This document shows, piece after piece, positions 9,478 through 18,581 of a stretch of 64,000 nucleotides of DNA; position 1 is the stretch's first letter, and every line of letters begins with the position of its first letter. Under the pieces are notes generated by a model. That model had not been told where the DNA came from, made no database searches, and was given only the letters and a program-made list of their open reading frames with translations. The stretch spans positions 49,357 through 113,356 of the forward strand of contig JAZNOL010000048.1 of the NCBI GenBank assembly GCA_045580815.1, in the 5' to 3' direction. The stretch is from Clostridia bacterium. Its GTDB lineage: Bacteria > Bacillota > Clostridia > RUG12999. The position numbers were made by a program, and so were the translations under genes.

Positions 9478-10233
9478 GTGAAAAATGTGTTTTTGAAAAA
9501 TGCAAACAATCCGCAAAACGCAACGGCTGTGGCGGCATCTGCCCTGTTGCCGCAAACGGCAAAAATAAAACTTGAAAATCTCGGCATAACGGTGCTTGAC
9601 GGTTATAAACCGCCCAACCCCGTTTCATCCGTGAGTTTTCATATTGATACAAATTTTGTGCATATAAAAGACAATGTTTTTGTTGCATCAAAAGCATCGT
9701 TTGAGTATTATAAAAAACTTTTTGAAAAGACAGATGCAGAAATAATCTGCGGAGAATCAAGCGGTATCGGTGAATATCCTCTTGATGCGGCGTACAATGT
9801 GGCAATTGTGGGCAAATTTGCGGTGCTTAATGAAAAATACGTCGATAAAATTCTGCTTGAAGTTCTTTATAAAAACGGATTTGAAATCATAAACACAAAA
9901 CAGGGCTACGCAAAATGCTCGACGTGTATTGTGGACGAAAATTCGCTTATAACCGATGATACGTCAATTTATAAATCGTGCAGTCAAAAAGGTCTTGACG
10001 TTTTGCTGACCGAAAAAGGCGATGTAAGTCTTGTCGGGTTTGATTACGGATTTATCGGCGGTTGCAGCGGCAAAATAAGCAAGGATACACTCGTCTTTTG
10101 CGGAAATATTGATTTGCACCGAAACGCAAAAGAAATAAAAGAATTTTGCAGATTAAAAGGCGTAAGTGTTTTGAGTTTGGGAGATTTCCCCCTTTGCGAT
10201 GTAGGGGGCATTGTCCCGGTTTTTGAAAAATAA
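9478..10233 (+). CDS. Hypothetical protein; possibly guanidino-modifying-enzyme (pentein)-fold DUF
   Basis: 251-aa ORF with coding-like composition. The C-terminal GFDYGFIGGCSGKI (Gly-Gly-Cys) is reminiscent of the catalytic Cys region of pentein-fold enzymes. Family assignment is from memory (DUF6873-like) and unverified. The start could be GTG 9478 or 9487. Confidence 0.5.
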   Translation: MKNVFLKNANNPQNATAVAASALLPQTAKIKLENLGITVLDGYKPPNPVSSVSFHIDTNFVHIKDNVFVASKASFEYYKKLFEKTDAEIICGESSGIGEYPLDAAYNVAIVGKFAVLNEKYVDKILLEVLYKNGFEIINTKQGYAKCSTCIVDENSLITDDTSIYKSCSQKGLDVLLTEKGDVSLVGFDYGFIGGCSGKISKDTLVFCGNIDLHRNAKEIKEFCRLKGVSVLSLGDFPLCDVGGIVPVFEK

Positions 10234-10262
10234 AAAAAGGACTGTATCACAGTCCTTTTTTT
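10232..10262. terminator. Bidirectional terminator between convergent genes
   Basis: A7-GGACTGT-ATC-ACAGTCC-T7. Confidence 0.8.
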
Positions 10263-10780
10263 GCTTTTATAAGAGGAATAATATCATATTTCAAAAGTCC
10301 GATAATAAGCGAAACAAGTGTTATGGAATCGCTCAGTGCTCCGGCAATTGAAAAAACGCTGATGTTGTAAATCAGATAGCTTATGTGAGTAACAAAAGAT
10401 ACCGTGCGCACGGCGGTTGTGTTTTTGTTGCCGTAAGCAACTGTTGACATTACCTTTGCAATAATTACGGTTATGCTTTTTGTGCCGTCAAAGGTAGCAA
10501 TGCCGAAAATAATAAAAATCACTATAAAAATTATGCCTGAAAAAACGGTGCTTTTGCCTTTTTTAACCTGATTTGTAAAAATAATGTTGCGTACGCATCC
10601 GATGGCGTTCATTGCCATGCCGGTGTACGCACCCAGCAGAAAATACTGAATAATAAATAAAAATTCGTTAAGAGTGCGGAAAAACAGTATTTTGCCGTGG
10701 CTTTTGAACAAAAACGAAAGCAACCCCAAAATAAGTCCGGCGCCGCCGATTGCCTGTATAATTATTTCTGTTAATGTCAT
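10247..10780 (-). CDS. YgjV-family inner-membrane protein
   Basis: 177 aa with about 5 TM segments. The N-terminus QAIGGAGLILGLLSFLFKSHGKILFFRTLNEFLFIIQYFLLGAYTGMAMN is typical of the YgjV/PnuC-like family. Confidence 0.65.
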   Translation of the reverse strand: MTLTEIIIQAIGGAGLILGLLSFLFKSHGKILFFRTLNEFLFIIQYFLLGAYTGMAMNAIGCVRNIIFTNQVKKGKSTVFSGIIFIVIFIIFGIATFDGTKSITVIIAKVMSTVAYGNKNTTAVRTVSFVTHISYLIYNISVFSIAGALSDSITLVSLIIGLLKYDIIPLIKAKKGL

Positions 10781-10979
10781 TGTGTTTTCTCCCGATTTTT
10801 CAATTTAGTACCGCATAATTGTATCATAAAAGCACGATAAAATCAAGAGAAATATAAAAACAGATGTTATAGTGCACCATTTTGCGGTAAATATGGGATT
10901 TTTGTTGACGGAAATCGGAAAATGTGATATAATTGGTGTAGCTGAAAAAATAGAAAGCCTTTTGAAAGGAAGTACAGAA

Positions 10980-11516
10980 ATGAAGAAAAGCGATATAAAA
11001 TTGCTTATAAATAATTCGGTAGAACAAAGGAAATTGTGTAGCGTAAAGTTTGATTATGATGATATTACATGGTTCGTTTTTCCTTTGTCTGCAAACGATA
11101 AGTTATTTTTATGTGCAAATGAAGATGATTTTATAATAGATGGTTATTCTATCAGGCGTTTTAAAGATGTTAAAGAGACCGAATATCAAGAAGGTAAAAT
11201 ACTGTCTATGATAAAATCTGAAGGGATTCTCGAAAAACTTATAATTCCTGAAATAGATATGACTGATTGGCAAACAATTTTCGCATCGTTAAAAGAGCAG
11301 AATAAGAATATCATAGTAGAAAATGAAAAAGCTGTCGAAAATGAATGTTCATTTGTGATAGGAAAAATTATTAAAGCAACAAAAACAAAAGTTGTTATGC
11401 AGCATTTTGATGCGGAAGGTATATGGGAAGAAGAATTATACGAAATACCTTATAGCAAGATTACATCTGTTAGTTTTGGCACAAGGTACGTAGAAACATT
11501 CTCTAAATATATTTGA
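10980..11516 (+). CDS. Hypothetical soluble protein (178 aa)
   Basis: ATG 10980 is preceded by AAAGGAAG. The ORF track's upstream extension from 10872 lacks an RBS. I recognise no motif. Confidence 0.5.
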   Translation: MKKSDIKLLINNSVEQRKLCSVKFDYDDITWFVFPLSANDKLFLCANEDDFIIDGYSIRRFKDVKETEYQEGKILSMIKSEGILEKLIIPEIDMTDWQTIFASLKEQNKNIIVENEKAVENECSFVIGKIIKATKTKVVMQHFDAEGIWEEELYEIPYSKITSVSFGTRYVETFSKYI

Positions 11517-11618
11517 TATTTAAGTGCAATTAACACAAGTCTAACAAAAATTGCCGGATAATGTCGAAAATAGAAAGCCTTCCCCTTGAGGACGCGAAGC
11601 TCGTGCGGCTCTGCAATC

Positions 11619-11645
11619 GGGCGGACAGGGGCGTCCGCCCCTACA
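11619..11645. repeat. REP-like GC-rich hairpin (GGGGCG...CGCCCCTAC family)
   Basis: GGGCGGAC-AGGGGC-GTCCGCCC followed by CTACA, a GC island in an AT-rich spacer. It produces the spurious ORF 11450..11725(-), which contains VGADAPVRP. Confidence 0.7.
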
Positions 11646-11714
11646 AAATACGGCACATTGAACAAAATGAGTAATCTCAATATATAAAAATAAAAAGAAA
11701 AAGGACAGATAAAC

Positions 11715-12992
11715 ATGATAAACACAAACGAAATTTTAAAAAGTGCATACGGTCTTTCAAATGAGGTTTTAGAGCTTGACAGACAGGTTATGCAGGAAAT
11801 TGAACCTTATTTTAAACGCATTGATGAAATGGCGTCATATAACCAGCTTCGGGTGCTTGCGGCGTTTGCAAAATGCAAAATCCGTGAGCCTCATTTTGTG
11901 CCCACAACAGGTTATGGCTATGATGATTTGGGCAGAGATGCAATTGAAGAGCTTTATGCCGAAGTGTTCGAGTGCGAGGATGCACTTGTGCGTCACAGCA
12001 TTGTTTCCGGTACACAGGCACTGTCAATATGTATGTTTGGCGTGCTTCGTCCGGGAGATTTGTTCGTGTCACTCACGGGCAAACCCTACGATACTCTGCG
12101 TGAGGTTATCGGTGGCGACGGTGTGGGAAGTCTTAAAGATTTCGGCGTAAAATATGACGAAGTTCCTCTCAAAAACGGCAAACCCGATATGGAGGGTATA
12201 AAAGAAAAATCCAGAAACGCAAAAGCTGTACTTATTCAGCGTTCAAAAGGATATGACTGGCGTGACACTCTTACTCTTGACGAAATTGCGGAAATAATTG
12301 CCGAAGCAAAAAAAGCCAATCCCGATGTGATTTGTATTGTGGACAACTGCTACGGCGAGTTTACCCGTGAACACGAGCCTACATACGTTGGTGCTGACCT
12401 TATGGCAGGGTCGCTTATCAAAAACCCCGGCGGCGGAATTGCCCGTGGGGGCGGTTATGTTGCCGGCAAAGCAAAATATGTTGAGCTTGCCGCATACAAA
12501 CTCACCTGCATAGGACAGGGCAAAGAGGTGGGCCCCACTTTCGGATTCAACCGTGAAATTCTTCAGGGATTTTTCATGGCACCTCACGTTACTGCACAGT
12601 CAGTAAAAGCCGCTTGCTACTGCGGAGCAATGTTTGAAAAACTTGGATATGAGGTTTGCCCTAAATTTGATGGAGAACGTGACGATATAATCCAGTCGGT
12701 AAAATTTAGTGACGAGGCGGCGCTGATTGCTTTTTGTCAGGGAATACAGAAAGGCTCGCCAATAGATTCTTATGTTACACCCCAACCCTCGGATATGCCG
12801 GGTTATGACTGCCAGGTTATTATGGCGGCAGGCGCATTCACCCAGGGGGCAACAACCGAGCTTTCTGCGGATGCACCGGTTAAACCGCCGTATATCGGAT
12901 ATATGCAGGGAAGCCTTGTTTTCGACAGCGGCAGAGCCGGAGTGATTGTTGCAGCGGATAATATTCTTAATTTGAGAAAAGGAAATTATTGA
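11715..12992 (+). CDS. Methionine gamma-lyase-family (YnbB / aluminium-resistance-type) PLP protein
   Basis: 425 aa. The N-terminal pattern ...IDEMASYNQLRVLAAFAKCKIREPHFVPTTGYGYDDLGRD..LEELYAEVF..EDALVR..IVSGTQAL is characteristic of this family. Confidence 0.8.
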   Translation: MINTNEILKSAYGLSNEVLELDRQVMQEIEPYFKRIDEMASYNQLRVLAAFAKCKIREPHFVPTTGYGYDDLGRDAIEELYAEVFECEDALVRHSIVSGTQALSICMFGVLRPGDLFVSLTGKPYDTLREVIGGDGVGSLKDFGVKYDEVPLKNGKPDMEGIKEKSRNAKAVLIQRSKGYDWRDTLTLDEIAEIIAEAKKANPDVICIVDNCYGEFTREHEPTYVGADLMAGSLIKNPGGGIARGGGYVAGKAKYVELAAYKLTCIGQGKEVGPTFGFNREILQGFFMAPHVTAQSVKAACYCGAMFEKLGYEVCPKFDGERDDIIQSVKFSDEAALIAFCQGIQKGSPIDSYVTPQPSDMPGYDCQVIMAAGAFTQGATTELSADAPVKPPYIGYMQGSLVFDSGRAGVIVAADNILNLRKGNY

Positions 12993-13064
12993 GTTTGACT
13001 TTGGTGAGTTATACCGCAGAGCTTTTAAGAAATAACTTTTTTAAACATAACAGGAGGGCTATAA

Positions 13065-14288
13065 ATGAATAAAGAAACACAAAACATTTCAGTGCGCTGG
13101 GTATATATGTGCACTGGTGTTGTTGCAATGGTTTTTGCAGGAATTCTGTATGCATGGTCCATATTAAAGTCTCCGCTGACCGCTGAATTTGGTTGGGGAA
13201 CTTCCGAGCTTGCTTTAAATTTCACATTGGCAATGGCATTTTTTTGCATAGGAGGTCTGCTGGGTGCTCAGTTATCAAAGCGTGCAGGTCATAAAATTGC
13301 CCTTATAACAGCTGGGATACTGACCGCTATGGGTTTTATATTTACTGCCCTGTTGCGTGATGCGTCCGTGGTGGTGCTTTACATAACATACGGTGTGCTG
13401 GCGGGCAGTGGAATCGGAATTGCATACAATGTGGTTATAGCAACGGTCAGTGCCTGGTTTCCTGATAAAAAGGGCTTGTGCTCGGGTTGTCTGATGATGG
13501 GCTTTGGAGCATCGGCATTGGTGCTTGGTAATATAGCCGATGCTATGTTTAAAAGTGATTTCGGATGGCGTATGACCTATATGGTTTTGGGTGTTGCCAT
13601 TTTTGCAGTTTTGCTCATTGCCGGTTTTATACTGCGTAAACCCGGCACAGAAACAGTTTTTCCGCAATCAAAAGTGTCAAAACACACAAAAGAAAAAGAG
13701 TTTGAAAATAATGATTTTACATCACGCCGGATGCTTTGCCGCCCATCTTTCTGGATGGCATTTATCTGCATTTCTCTTTTGGCGGCAGTAGGAAGTTCGG
13801 TTATCAGCTTTGCGAAGGACATGGCACTTTCGGTTAATGCTCCCGAAGCATTGGCTACCTCTTTGGTAGGCGTGCTTTCTGTGTGCAATGGAATTGGACG
13901 AATTTTAACAGGAACAATTTTTGATGTTTTGGGATGCAAAAAAACTATGATATGTGCTAATATTATCACTATTATTGCGGCGGCTGTTACTTTGCTTGCC
14001 GTATCTGTAAGCTCTTTGCCGTTGTGCATCTTAGGACTGTGTCTTACAGGCATGTCTTATGGCTCATGTCCTACAATTACTGCGGCATTTACTTCATCGT
14101 TCTTTGGTATGAAACATTTTTCAAATAATATGGCTCTTATGACTTTTACTGTTATGGTGGGTTCGTTTATCGCAACAGCATCAAACACGGTTATGGAAGC
14201 TACAGGTGGGTACGCGGCTACGTTTATAATGCTGCTGGCTCTGACATTTATAGCTTTAGTTTTAAATGTGTTTATCCGTAAACCTTGA
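13065..14288 (+). CDS. MFS transporter (oxalate/formate-antiporter-like, OFA family)
   Basis: 12 predicted TM segments in a 6+6 layout with a central loop (PQSKVSKHTKEKEFENNDF); RBS AGGAGGG. Confidence 0.8.
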   Translation: MNKETQNISVRWVYMCTGVVAMVFAGILYAWSILKSPLTAEFGWGTSELALNFTLAMAFFCIGGLLGAQLSKRAGHKIALITAGILTAMGFIFTALLRDASVVVLYITYGVLAGSGIGIAYNVVIATVSAWFPDKKGLCSGCLMMGFGASALVLGNIADAMFKSDFGWRMTYMVLGVAIFAVLLIAGFILRKPGTETVFPQSKVSKHTKEKEFENNDFTSRRMLCRPSFWMAFICISLLAAVGSSVISFAKDMALSVNAPEALATSLVGVLSVCNGIGRILTGTIFDVLGCKKTMICANIITIIAAAVTLLAVSVSSLPLCILGLCLTGMSYGSCPTITAAFTSSFFGMKHFSNNMALMTFTVMVGSFIATASNTVMEATGGYAATFIMLLALTFIALVLNVFIRKP

Positions 14289-14344
14289 ATATTTAAACTA
14301 TAAATAGCTGTTTGTTGTAACCGTGGTATGAAATGAGGTGTAAT

Positions 14345-14785
14345 ATGAAGAAAAATATTTTAATTGGGATTTTTTCACCATTGTTTTACTTTTTAATAGT
14401 TAATATTATGCGATTTACAATATTGGCAGGAGAATATAATGAACAGTATGCATTTATTCATAATATTTTGATTCTGTTGTTGCCGGCTTTGCCGGGCATA
14501 TCGCTTATTTTCTTGTTAATAAGGAATTCGATGAATGAGTATTTTGAATCATTAAGTATTTGTTTCTTGATATCTTTTGCTGTAATGATTGTTTATATGT
14601 TTTCTGGAATAGAATTAAAAATATATACTGCAATTACAGGATATGAAGAATTTAGTTTGGGAGATGGGTTTATAACAGTTATTACAATGGTATCTTATCT
14701 TGTTTCTTGTTTGGTTGGTACTATTGTTGCAGGTATCGTTACATATGTAAAGAAAAGAAAAAAGACACGAATTATAGAACGATAA
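14345..14785 (+). CDS. Small membrane protein, unknown function
   Basis: ATG 14345 follows GAGGTG. Four hydrophobic segments and a basic C-terminus (KKRKKTRIIER). Confidence 0.5.
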   Translation: MKKNILIGIFSPLFYFLIVNIMRFTILAGEYNEQYAFIHNILILLLPALPGISLIFLLIRNSMNEYFESLSICFLISFAVMIVYMFSGIELKIYTAITGYEEFSLGDGFITVITMVSYLVSCLVGTIVAGIVTYVKKRKKTRIIER

Positions 14786-14932
14786 AATCCACTTATTGTT
14801 CTTTGTTCTGCTCGTGTCAAGTCCACACAATTTAAAAGATTAGTTTGCCGATTTCGATATTTACATACACTATCGGGTGCGAGAAAAGCCAGTATTCTCG
14901 CGGGTTCTGATGGAAAACGGTCAAGTAAATTG

Positions 14933-14959
14933 TAGGGGTTGATGCTCGCATCAACCCTA
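14933..14959. repeat. REP-like hairpin (GTAGGGG...CCCTA family)
   Basis: TAG-GGGTTGATGC-TC-GCATCAACCC-TA. Confidence 0.7.
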
Positions 14960-15008
14960 AAAGTGGTAATGAAAAATTACAAAAATATACTTATTTTCCC
15001 AAAACCTA

Positions 15009-15037
15009 TTGACAACGCGAAAAATATTTATTATAAT
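15009..15037 (+). promoter_or_regulatory. Consensus sigma-A promoter
   Basis: TTGACA (15009-15014), 17-nt spacer, TATAAT (15032-15037); 33 nt upstream of the esterase ATG. Confidence 0.75.
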
Positions 15038-15069
15038 GCAAATATATTATATTTAGGAGATGATTAGCC

Positions 15070-16032
15070 ATGCCGATGCTCGACATGCCACTTGAACAAC
15101 TTAAAACCTATAAGGGTATAAACCCCAAACCGGCTGATTTTGACAAATACTGGGACGATGCTCTTGCTGAAATGAACAGCATAGACCCCAATCCCCAGTT
15201 TATACCGGCAAAAGTGCAGTTTAAAAATGTTGAATGTTACGATTTGTATTTCACAGGCACAAAAGGTGCACGTGTTTATGCAAAATTTTTAAAACCGAAA
15301 AATATACAGGGCAAAGCTCCGGCTGTGCTTAAATTCCACGGATATTCCGGCGATTCCGGCGAATGGAATCATCATCTTGCATATGCCGGCGAAGGCTTTG
15401 TTACAGCGGCTCTTGACTGCCGTGGTCAGGCAGGAAAATCCGAAGACTCAAACCATGTTCCGGGCAATACATTAAACGGACATATTATCCGTGGTCTTGA
15501 AAGTGACAACCCCCATGATTTGCTGTTCCGTGATATATTCCTTGATACAGCAATGCTTGCAAGAATTGTCATGAGCCTTGATTATGTTGACGAAACCCGT
15601 GTTGGTTGCCGTGGCGGAAGCCAGGGCGGTGCGCTGACAATTGCCTGTGCCGCACTTGTTCCCGAAATCAAAGTTGCTGCACCCAGTTTCCCGTTCTTGT
15701 GCGATTACAAACGTGTCTGGGAAATGGATATGGCAGAACGTGCATATGTGGAATTGAAACAGTATTTCAGAAATTTTGACCCACGTCATGAACGTGAAGA
15801 CGAAATTTTCACAAAACTGGGTTACATAGATTTGCAGTTCCTCGCACCAAGAATAAAAGCGGAAGTGACAATGTTTACAGGTCTTATGGACAACATATGT
15901 CCGCCTTCAACACAGTTTGCGGCTTACAATAAAATGACCTGCAAAAAGAATGTTGTTATTTATCCCGATTTCGGTCACGAAGGTTTGCCGGACAGCGATG
16001 ATATAGCACATATGCTTATGAACAATATGTAA
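15070..16032 (+). CDS. Acetyl xylan esterase / cephalosporin-C deacetylase (carbohydrate esterase family 7)
   Basis: N-terminus MPLEQLKTYKGINPKPADFDKYWD, nucleophile motif GGSQGG, C-terminal DFGHE; 320 aa. Confidence 0.88.
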   Translation: MPMLDMPLEQLKTYKGINPKPADFDKYWDDALAEMNSIDPNPQFIPAKVQFKNVECYDLYFTGTKGARVYAKFLKPKNIQGKAPAVLKFHGYSGDSGEWNHHLAYAGEGFVTAALDCRGQAGKSEDSNHVPGNTLNGHIIRGLESDNPHDLLFRDIFLDTAMLARIVMSLDYVDETRVGCRGGSQGGALTIACAALVPEIKVAAPSFPFLCDYKRVWEMDMAERAYVELKQYFRNFDPRHEREDEIFTKLGYIDLQFLAPRIKAEVTMFTGLMDNICPPSTQFAAYNKMTCKKNVVIYPDFGHEGLPDSDDIAHMLMNNM

Positions 16033-16043
16033 GGTGATGCAAA

Positions 16044-16790
16044 ATGAAACTGACGTTTTTGGGTACAAGCCACGGTGTGCCGTCAGAAATCCGCTACACA
16101 AGCTGTTATATGCTTGAAGTAGGGGAGAAGATTTATATTTTTGACGGCGGTGCTCCTGTTGCGGATTTGCTTATCCGCAAAGGGAAAAAACTGACAGACG
16201 TAAGAGGCTTTTTCAACACTCATTTTCACGGCGACCATGTTTTTGGTGCGTTGCAGATGCTTTCTCTGCTCAACTGGTATCACAGAAATGATACAAGCAT
16301 TGACATTATGATGCCGGATGAAAAATCAAAAAATGTGCTTGCCGATGTGATTTGTGCCGCTGATGGTATGCCATTGGACGACGAAAAAATGCGGGTTAAA
16401 GCGTTTGAGTCTGGAGTTATATTTGACGACGGAGTTGTAAAGGTTACGGCAATGCCTACTATGCATCTGGAAGATAAAGAAAAGAAATCCTATGCTTTTT
16501 ATATTGAGGCGGAGGGTAAAAATTTGCTTTATACAGGCGATATGGGCTGTGGAACGGAGTATGACGATTTCCCCGAAATTGCATTTGACCGTCACATTGA
16601 CGTGATTATTTCGGAATGTGCTCATTTTCCGGTTGAAAAACTTGCAGGGTGGATGGATAAGGTAAACACCGATATTTTTGCAGTTTCGCACATCTATCCG
16701 GTTGATAAAATCGAAGAATTTGAAAAAATAGCTGATAACTATAAATTCGAGCTTCTTATTGCGGAAGATGAAGATGAGATAGAATTCTGA
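16044..16790 (+). CDS. MBL-fold metallo-hydrolase
   Basis: HFHGDH motif; MKLTFLGTSHGVP N-terminus (RNase Z-like fold); RBS AAGGTGA. Confidence 0.8.
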   Translation: MKLTFLGTSHGVPSEIRYTSCYMLEVGEKIYIFDGGAPVADLLIRKGKKLTDVRGFFNTHFHGDHVFGALQMLSLLNWYHRNDTSIDIMMPDEKSKNVLADVICAADGMPLDDEKMRVKAFESGVIFDDGVVKVTAMPTMHLEDKEKKSYAFYIEAEGKNLLYTGDMGCGTEYDDFPEIAFDRHIDVIISECAHFPVEKLAGWMDKVNTDIFAVSHIYPVDKIEEFEKIADNYKFELLIAEDEDEIEF

Positions 16791-16795
16791 TAAAT

Positions 16796-16835
16796 AAAAA
16801 GCAGCTGTACCCTTGAGGTATAGCTGCTTTTTATT
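16796..16835. terminator. Bidirectional terminator
   Basis: A5-GCAGCTGTA-CCCTTGAGG-TATAGCTGC-T5, between convergent genes. Confidence 0.8.
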
Positions 16836-16877
16836 TCAAAAAATTATGATTTGAGTGTGTTATATAAAATAATAAAA

Positions 16878-18203
16878 TTATTTCTCAACAGTAACAGTCT
16901 GAGTTAAAATCGTCTTGCGTTTGAGCCCTGTTTCATCGGGGTAATAGAAATCAGAATAAGTAATAATTGCCGTATTTTCATCAACAGGAGCAATATAGCA
17001 ATTACAGCAGGAACCTGCATACTGATGGAAAGTAGGTCTTTCGGGCACTTCGTTGCGAAGATGACTTCTGTCTTTAGGTGTCATAACCTCAATAGGCTCA
17101 TCCCATTTTATGCCGCTTGGGTCATCGGTTGCACGCACAAAAATACCGGGTCTGCCGTAAATGGCAACAGTTGCGCCGCAACCAAGCTGACAGATGCGTG
17201 GCAAAATACCACCGTCGGCAAAAATTTCGGGTTTTGACCAGGTGTTGCCCATATCGGTTGAACGGCTGAAATACAGGGGAGACCAGTTAATACCTGCCCA
17301 TCCGGCGCTGTTTACACGCATCAGCATAATCACCGAGCCGTCAGGCATAAATGCAAAGTCAGATTCGTTAAAACCGTCTTCCATATATGCAAAGGGATTT
17401 TCGTTTGTGTCGGGAATATATTCGATGCGGTTTTTATAGTTCCATGTTTTCCCGTTGTTGTCAGATGTCAGAATCACACATGAGTTATAGTATGAATACG
17501 CCCCGGTTTTTGGGTCAAGATTTCCGGGTGTTGTCATCCAGAGAGTTCCGTCGGGTGCAGGCTTTATTCTGCCGCCAAGCCCGGCAGGGTTTGTTGGGCA
17601 GGTGCATGAGTTTTTGTTTGTATCGTTCCACCACATGTGCAGCGGACGGTGTGTCCAGTTGACAGTCTGTATTTCTTCTGTGCCTGCTGTTTCGCCTTTT
17701 TTATAGCGTATAGCTTTGATTATGCGGTCATCTTCAAATTCTTCCGAAAGATAATCCATATCGTATGTATAGATTTTTGAACCGCTGATGGAATCAATGC
17801 GCACACCGGAGGGCAATGGAAGATATCCGGGTCTTGCTTTTTCGCGTTTTTCGCCCGGCAAAAGTAAATTGAAGTTCTGCATCGGCATATGCTTCATATG
17901 ATAAAGGTCTCTGCCCGGTTCTCTGATAAAAACAATTCTGTCGCCGTTAGGTGCGGTGACAGCGGTGTTCATTTCGGCTTTTTCGGCATCGGTCGGCTGC
18001 CAGCTTTGACCTCTGTCGGTGCTGATGAACCATTTTTCCATTGAGCCGCCTATCTCACCCCACTCATCTTTTCCCTGATGGAATGCGGTGTAAAGCACGC
18101 CGTTTGCATTGTATATGCGCGGAAACTGATAAGGACCCCATCCGCCTTCTTCATGGGTCATGCCCTGTGCAACAATCACGGGTTTGCCTAATTTAAGTTC
18201 CAT
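16878..18203 (-). CDS. BNR-repeat, sialidase-fold protein (no signal peptide)
   Basis: Three Asp-box/BNR motifs (STDRGQSW, SDNNGKTW, STDMGNTW). ATG 18203 is preceded by AAGGAGG, so the track's upstream start 18227 is unlikely. Confidence 0.75.
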   Translation of the reverse strand: MELKLGKPVIVAQGMTHEEGGWGPYQFPRIYNANGVLYTAFHQGKDEWGEIGGSMEKWFISTDRGQSWQPTDAEKAEMNTAVTAPNGDRIVFIREPGRDLYHMKHMPMQNFNLLLPGEKREKARPGYLPLPSGVRIDSISGSKIYTYDMDYLSEEFEDDRIIKAIRYKKGETAGTEEIQTVNWTHRPLHMWWNDTNKNSCTCPTNPAGLGGRIKPAPDGTLWMTTPGNLDPKTGAYSYYNSCVILTSDNNGKTWNYKNRIEYIPDTNENPFAYMEDGFNESDFAFMPDGSVIMLMRVNSAGWAGINWSPLYFSRSTDMGNTWSKPEIFADGGILPRICQLGCGATVAIYGRPGIFVRATDDPSGIKWDEPIEVMTPKDRSHLRNEVPERPTFHQYAGSCCNCYIAPVDENTAIITYSDFYYPDETGLKRKTILTQTVTVEK

Positions 18204-18424
18204 TTTTGATTTTCCTCCTTGTGCCAAAAGATTTATAACTTTATTTTAGCAGATAAGAAAAAAGAATTCAATAGTTTATTAAGACAATTTTTCTTATTTT
18301 TATGTCAGAATTGCATATTTTCTGTTTTTGCCGACAAAAAATACATATATTTTGCTCTGAAATTTAACAAAAACTGTTATGTCAAAAATTTCCAGTAAAG
18401 TTTATGCTTTAAATAAAAAAACAC

Positions 18425-18453
18425 TTTACAAATGAAAAAAAATCTGCTACAAT
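18425..18453 (+). promoter_or_regulatory. Putative extended -10 promoter for the HTH-cupin-ACS gene
   Basis: TTTACA (18425-18430), 17-nt spacer ending in TGC, TACAAT (18448-18453). Confidence 0.5.
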
Positions 18454-18485
18454 GGATATATCGAAAAAAGAAAGGAAGGTCGGCA

Positions 18486-18581
18486 ATGAAAAAATATACC
18501 GAATCAAACAGACGAATACCGAGCAAAGAGAGATGTAATTGCATAATTATTATCGGCATTGCCGATATTGATACAATTTAA
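18486..18581 (+). CDS. Candidate leader sORF (31 aa, Ile-rich)
   Basis: GAAAGGAAGG lies 5 nt before ATG 18486. Translation: MKKYTESNRRIPSKERCNCIIIIGIADIDTI, stop at 18579-18581. It lies between the putative promoter and the 18636 start. Confidence 0.3.
   Translation: MKKYTESNRRIPSKERCNCIIIIGIADIDTI
18551..18567. promoter_or_regulatory. 17-bp palindrome, candidate operator
   Basis: TATCGGCA-T-TGCCGATA (8+1+8), perfect, ending 69 nt upstream of the ATG of a gene that itself encodes an XRE-type HTH. Confidence 0.4.

Noticed and set aside
11450-11725. A 91-aa minus-strand ORF containing VGADAPVRPIAEPHELRVLKGKAF, and the 60-aa ORF at 18377-18559(-).
   Set aside because: Both run through intergenic repeat or promoter DNA (a REP-like hairpin and an AT-rich leader). 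They have no RBS and overlap better-supported features.
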